In this document: piece by piece, positions 61,590 through 64,000 of the stretch
Layout of the letters: the number at the start of each line of letters is the position of its first letter
Position numbering within the stretch: the stretch's first letter is position 1
Origin: a candidate division FCPU426 bacterium
GTDB taxonomy: Bacteria; Oederibacteriota; Muellerivitia; Muellerivitales; Muellerivitaceae
Assembly (NCBI GenBank): GCA_963738405.1
Contig: CAVTWJ010000002.1
Coordinates: 136,575-200,574 of the forward strand
DNA: 64,000 bases
Reading direction: 5' to 3'
Program-made: the position numbers and the translations under genes
Notes under the pieces: model-generated
Databases searched by the model: none
What the model was told of the DNA's origin: nothing
What the model saw: the letters and a program-made list of their open reading frames with translations, nothing else

Positions 61590-61631
61590 GGACCCGCTTT
61601 CACCCAATCTCGGGTTAGTCCCCCTGTCCCT

Positions 61632-62672
61632 TTAAGCCAGTCCGGGTTGGATCCTCCTGCCCAGGACCACATAGGGGCTGTGCATACCGGCTTTGCCCTT
61701 GATCATGACCGGGGGCAGTTCATCCAGGCGGAAGTTATCCCCGGCCGCGTGGGCCATGTCCTGGGTAATCAGGATCTGGCCGTCTTTCGCCAGGCCGCAA
61801 AGGCGGGCGGCGAAATTGACCGTATCCCCAATGACCGTAAATTCCATGCGCCGGGCCGAGCCCAGGTTACCCATGATGACGTTCCCCGCCGCCAGCCCGA
61901 TCCCCAGGCCCGTTTCCACTTCCTCACTGTAGTTGCCCTTGAAGGTGGCCAAAATCTGGTGGAACCCGTCCTGCATTTGCAGGGCCGATTGCAGGGCCTT
62001 TTGGACCGATTCGGCCTCTTTGCCGGGGGGATAGGGGTAAAAGGCCAGGATGGAGTCGCCCATGAACTTGTTAATCTCCCCGCCCGAAAAGGTGATGATT
62101 TCTTCAAGTTCGGTGAACATCCGGTTGAGGTAGCGCACCGTTTCCTGGGTTTTAAGCTTCTCGGTCATGGCGGTAAAGCCCCGCACGTCGGAAACCAAAA
62201 CGATGGCGCTGGTCAGTTCCCCCTCCCACACGGCCTTGTTGCCCTTGGACGTGGCGAATTGGGAAGCCCGGGTGCCGACGAACTTGTCCAGGATATGCCG
62301 GCTCTCGACCAGCTTTTTCTCGGTTCCGCTGAAGTTGGCGTAGGCCAGGTCCAAAATCTCTTTTTTCTTGACCGCGATGGCCTTGGGGGAAAGCTTACGG
62401 ACGATCTTGTAATCCTCTGGCAAAACCCTGCACCGAAGAAGGAAAGATTGAAGTTCCAGAAGAAGGGCGTCTTGGGCCCGCCACCAGAAGGCACGGGCGG
62501 CCAAAAGCAGTAGGGCAGCCGAGGCGACCCCGCAGGCCAAGGCGGCCAGAGGGGACTGGGTGAAGTACCAGCTGACGGCCCCGGTGATGATGCCCGTGCC
62601 GAGAACCCAAATAACGGGCATGGCTTTGCCCGGCGGGTCTTGTTCTTTTTTTACGTCGTTTCCATTGGACAT
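61632..62672 (-). CDS. Class III adenylate cyclase, membrane anchored
   Basis: Two TM; SDVRGFT, INKFMGD (Lys indicates ATP specificity), FTVIGDTVNFAARL, IKGK. Confidence 0.92.
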   Translation of the reverse strand: MSNGNDVKKEQDPPGKAMPVIWVLGTGIITGAVSWYFTQSPLAALACGVASAALLLLAARAFWWRAQDALLLELQSFLLRCRVLPEDYKIVRKLSPKAIAVKKKEILDLAYANFSGTEKKLVESRHILDKFVGTRASQFATSKGNKAVWEGELTSAIVLVSDVRGFTAMTEKLKTQETVRYLNRMFTELEEIITFSGGEINKFMGDSILAFYPYPPGKEAESVQKALQSALQMQDGFHQILATFKGNYSEEVETGLGIGLAAGNVIMGNLGSARRMEFTVIGDTVNFAARLCGLAKDGQILITQDMAHAAGDNFRLDELPPVMIKGKAGMHSPYVVLGRRIQPGLA

Positions 62673-62826
62673 GATGTACTTATTTTAACAGGGCGGGCGC
62701 CCTATCAGATGATTTTCGTCACCTTCACTTATTCAAGAGGCCGGTTCACTTGGAGAAATGAATCAACTCATTTGATATAATAGGTGCCAAGAAAAAGAAA
62801 ACCTCTCCAAATAAAGGCGCATTGGC

Positions 62827-63009
62827 ATGAAGAAAGTTGTCAAGAAAATGAAATTAGGAGAGGAATCGCCAAAGGACGACATGGTTTATTGGTTGAGTCG
62901 GCCTCCGGAAGAACGGATTGAAGCGGTGGAAAGCTTGCGGAAGGAGCGCTATGGAAATTCAACCCGACTTCAAAGAATTATTCGAGTTATTAAATCGTCA
63001 CAAAGTTGA
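62827..63009 (+). CDS. Small partner protein of the nucleotidyltransferase
   Basis: YWLSRPPEERIEAVESLR motif; overlaps the next gene. Confidence 0.65.
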   Translation: MKKVVKKMKLGEESPKDDMVYWLSRPPEERIEAVESLRKERYGNSTRLQRIIRVIKSSQS

Positions 63010-63397
63010 ATACATCATCGTAGGTGCCTATGCCCTCGCCTTCCACGGCGTCCCCCGAAACACAGGAGATATTGATATCTATGTCCGCCCTACCCCGGAG
63101 AATGCCGCACGAACGGTTTCTGTTTTAAAAGATTTCGGTTTCGGCTCGCTCGGCCTGACAGAAGGGGATTTTAACCAGCCTGGGCAGATCATCCAATTAG
63201 GCGTCCCCCCGTTTCGCATTGATCTCATCACTTCCATTTCGGGTGTGACCTGGGAACAAGCCGAATCCGGAAAAGCGGCGGGCAAATACGGCGACGTGCC
63301 GGTTCATTTTTTGGGCCGAACCCAATTCGCGGCCAATAAACGCGCAAGCGGCCGAAAAAAAGATTTAGCGGATTTGGAAGCCCTGGGCGAAGAATAA
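62951..63397 (+). CDS. Nucleotidyltransferase-fold protein (DUF6036-like)
   Basis: VGAYALAFHGVPRNTGDIDI, NKRASGRKKDLADLEAL; AAGGAG RBS. Confidence 0.8.
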   Translation: MEIQPDFKELFELLNRHKVEYIIVGAYALAFHGVPRNTGDIDIYVRPTPENAARTVSVLKDFGFGSLGLTEGDFNQPGQIIQLGVPPFRIDLITSISGVTWEQAESGKAAGKYGDVPVHFLGRTQFAANKRASGRKKDLADLEALGEE

Positions 63398-63488
63398 AGG
63401 TCAAAAATAAAGAATTGGTACATCGGTTCAGGGGCGGGATTTTCGGGAGTGTTTCCTAAAAAAATCGGCAATGCGGGTCTTGTCCGTC

Positions 63489-63716
63489 TTAACCCGCCAA
63501 GGCCTTATACATCTTCGGGAATTTCTTGAAAGATTTCTCGATTGTGGATTTAACCCGCTTTTGCTTCTTCTTGTCCCCAACGGGCGAAATGAAAAGGCTC
63601 TTGCCGTCGGTGGTGACATAAAGGGCGGATTTTTCGTTGATCTGAAGCAGGTCCATGATGGGCCGCTCGATGACCAGGGCGTAGCTGTTGCCGTGTTTGG
63701 TGAGTTTTTTGATCAT
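63489..63716 (-). CDS. AbrB/MazE-family antitoxin-like protein (no adjacent toxin)
   Basis: MIKKLTKHGNSYALVIERPIMDLL. Confidence 0.85.
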   Translation of the reverse strand: MIKKLTKHGNSYALVIERPIMDLLQINEKSALYVTTDGKSLFISPVGDKKKQKRVKSTIEKSFKKFPKMYKALAG

Positions 63717-63727
63717 GCCTTTGCTCC

Positions 63728-63760
63728 GTTATAACTTTATAACTACAATGTTATAACATT
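63728..63760. promoter_or_regulatory. Putative AbrB operator (TTATAAC repeats)
   Basis: GTTATAAC-TTTATAAC plus the perfect palindrome AATGTTATAACATT (63747-63760). Confidence 0.55.
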
Positions 63761-63787
63761 ATGAACAAGGCGTCAAGAAACGGGGGT

Positions 63788-64000
63788 TCATCCACCCAAA
63801 TGAAAATTCGCCGATCTTTTTAATGTTCCCGAACGGGTTCGGGAAGAAAAGGCCCTCTTTTTTCCCGGCCCGCTTCGCGCTTTACCCCTGCCAGGCCCTT
63901 TCGAGCGGAACTGGGCTAAAAAGATCCCCAGGGTATGGCGCAGGAAGAGACCCAGGATGAGAAGGCCCGCCCCAATCAGGACCACATTCAGAACAATGGG
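63788..64000 (-). CDS. 3' end of a membrane protein (runs off the right edge)
   Basis: Hydrophobic helix plus basic tail, open to the window end. Confidence 0.5.
   Translation of the reverse strand, partial: PIVLNVVLIGAGLLILGLFLRHTLGIFLAQFRSKGPGRGKARSGPGKKRAFSSRTRSGTLKRSANFHLGG

Noticed and set aside
61536..62513. 325-aa + strand ORF (similarly 2648..3856, 11862..12905 and 49840..50700)
   Set aside because: These are antisense to well-supported genes, which is expected in GC-rich DNA.

Overview
A 64-kb GC-rich bacterial window from a diderm organism. The many Thr/Pro-rich secreted proteins are loosely reminiscent of FCPU426-like lineages, which is inference only. The left part carries a multi-domain glycosyltransferase and a carbamoyltransferase, several small hypotheticals, and a metY-cysK-metX-metW operon with a highly structured attenuator-like leader. 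It also has a CusRS-type two-component system divergent from a TonB-receptor/ExbBD/TonB/phosphoesterase/YncE/COG4705 cluster. The middle has a FecR + beta-barrel + 3953-aa repeat lipoprotein operon and a TetR-controlled EmrAB-type pump. The right part (45-64 kb) is an accessory/defence region. Cassettes there are separated by ~137-bp direct repeats that look like the 3' end of a GH94-type gene. It contains several toxin-antitoxin modules, a SWIM-SNF2 helicase, a 21-bp periodic repeat array and an AT-rich retron-like locus. That locus consists of a structured ~300-nt ncRNA, a 71-aa basic/amphipathic ORF whose Shine-Dalgarno can be sequestered by the ncRNA, and a 308-aa reverse transcriptase. 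It is the strongest candidate for a novel system. No rRNA, tRNA, CRISPR array, integrase or transposase was recognised.
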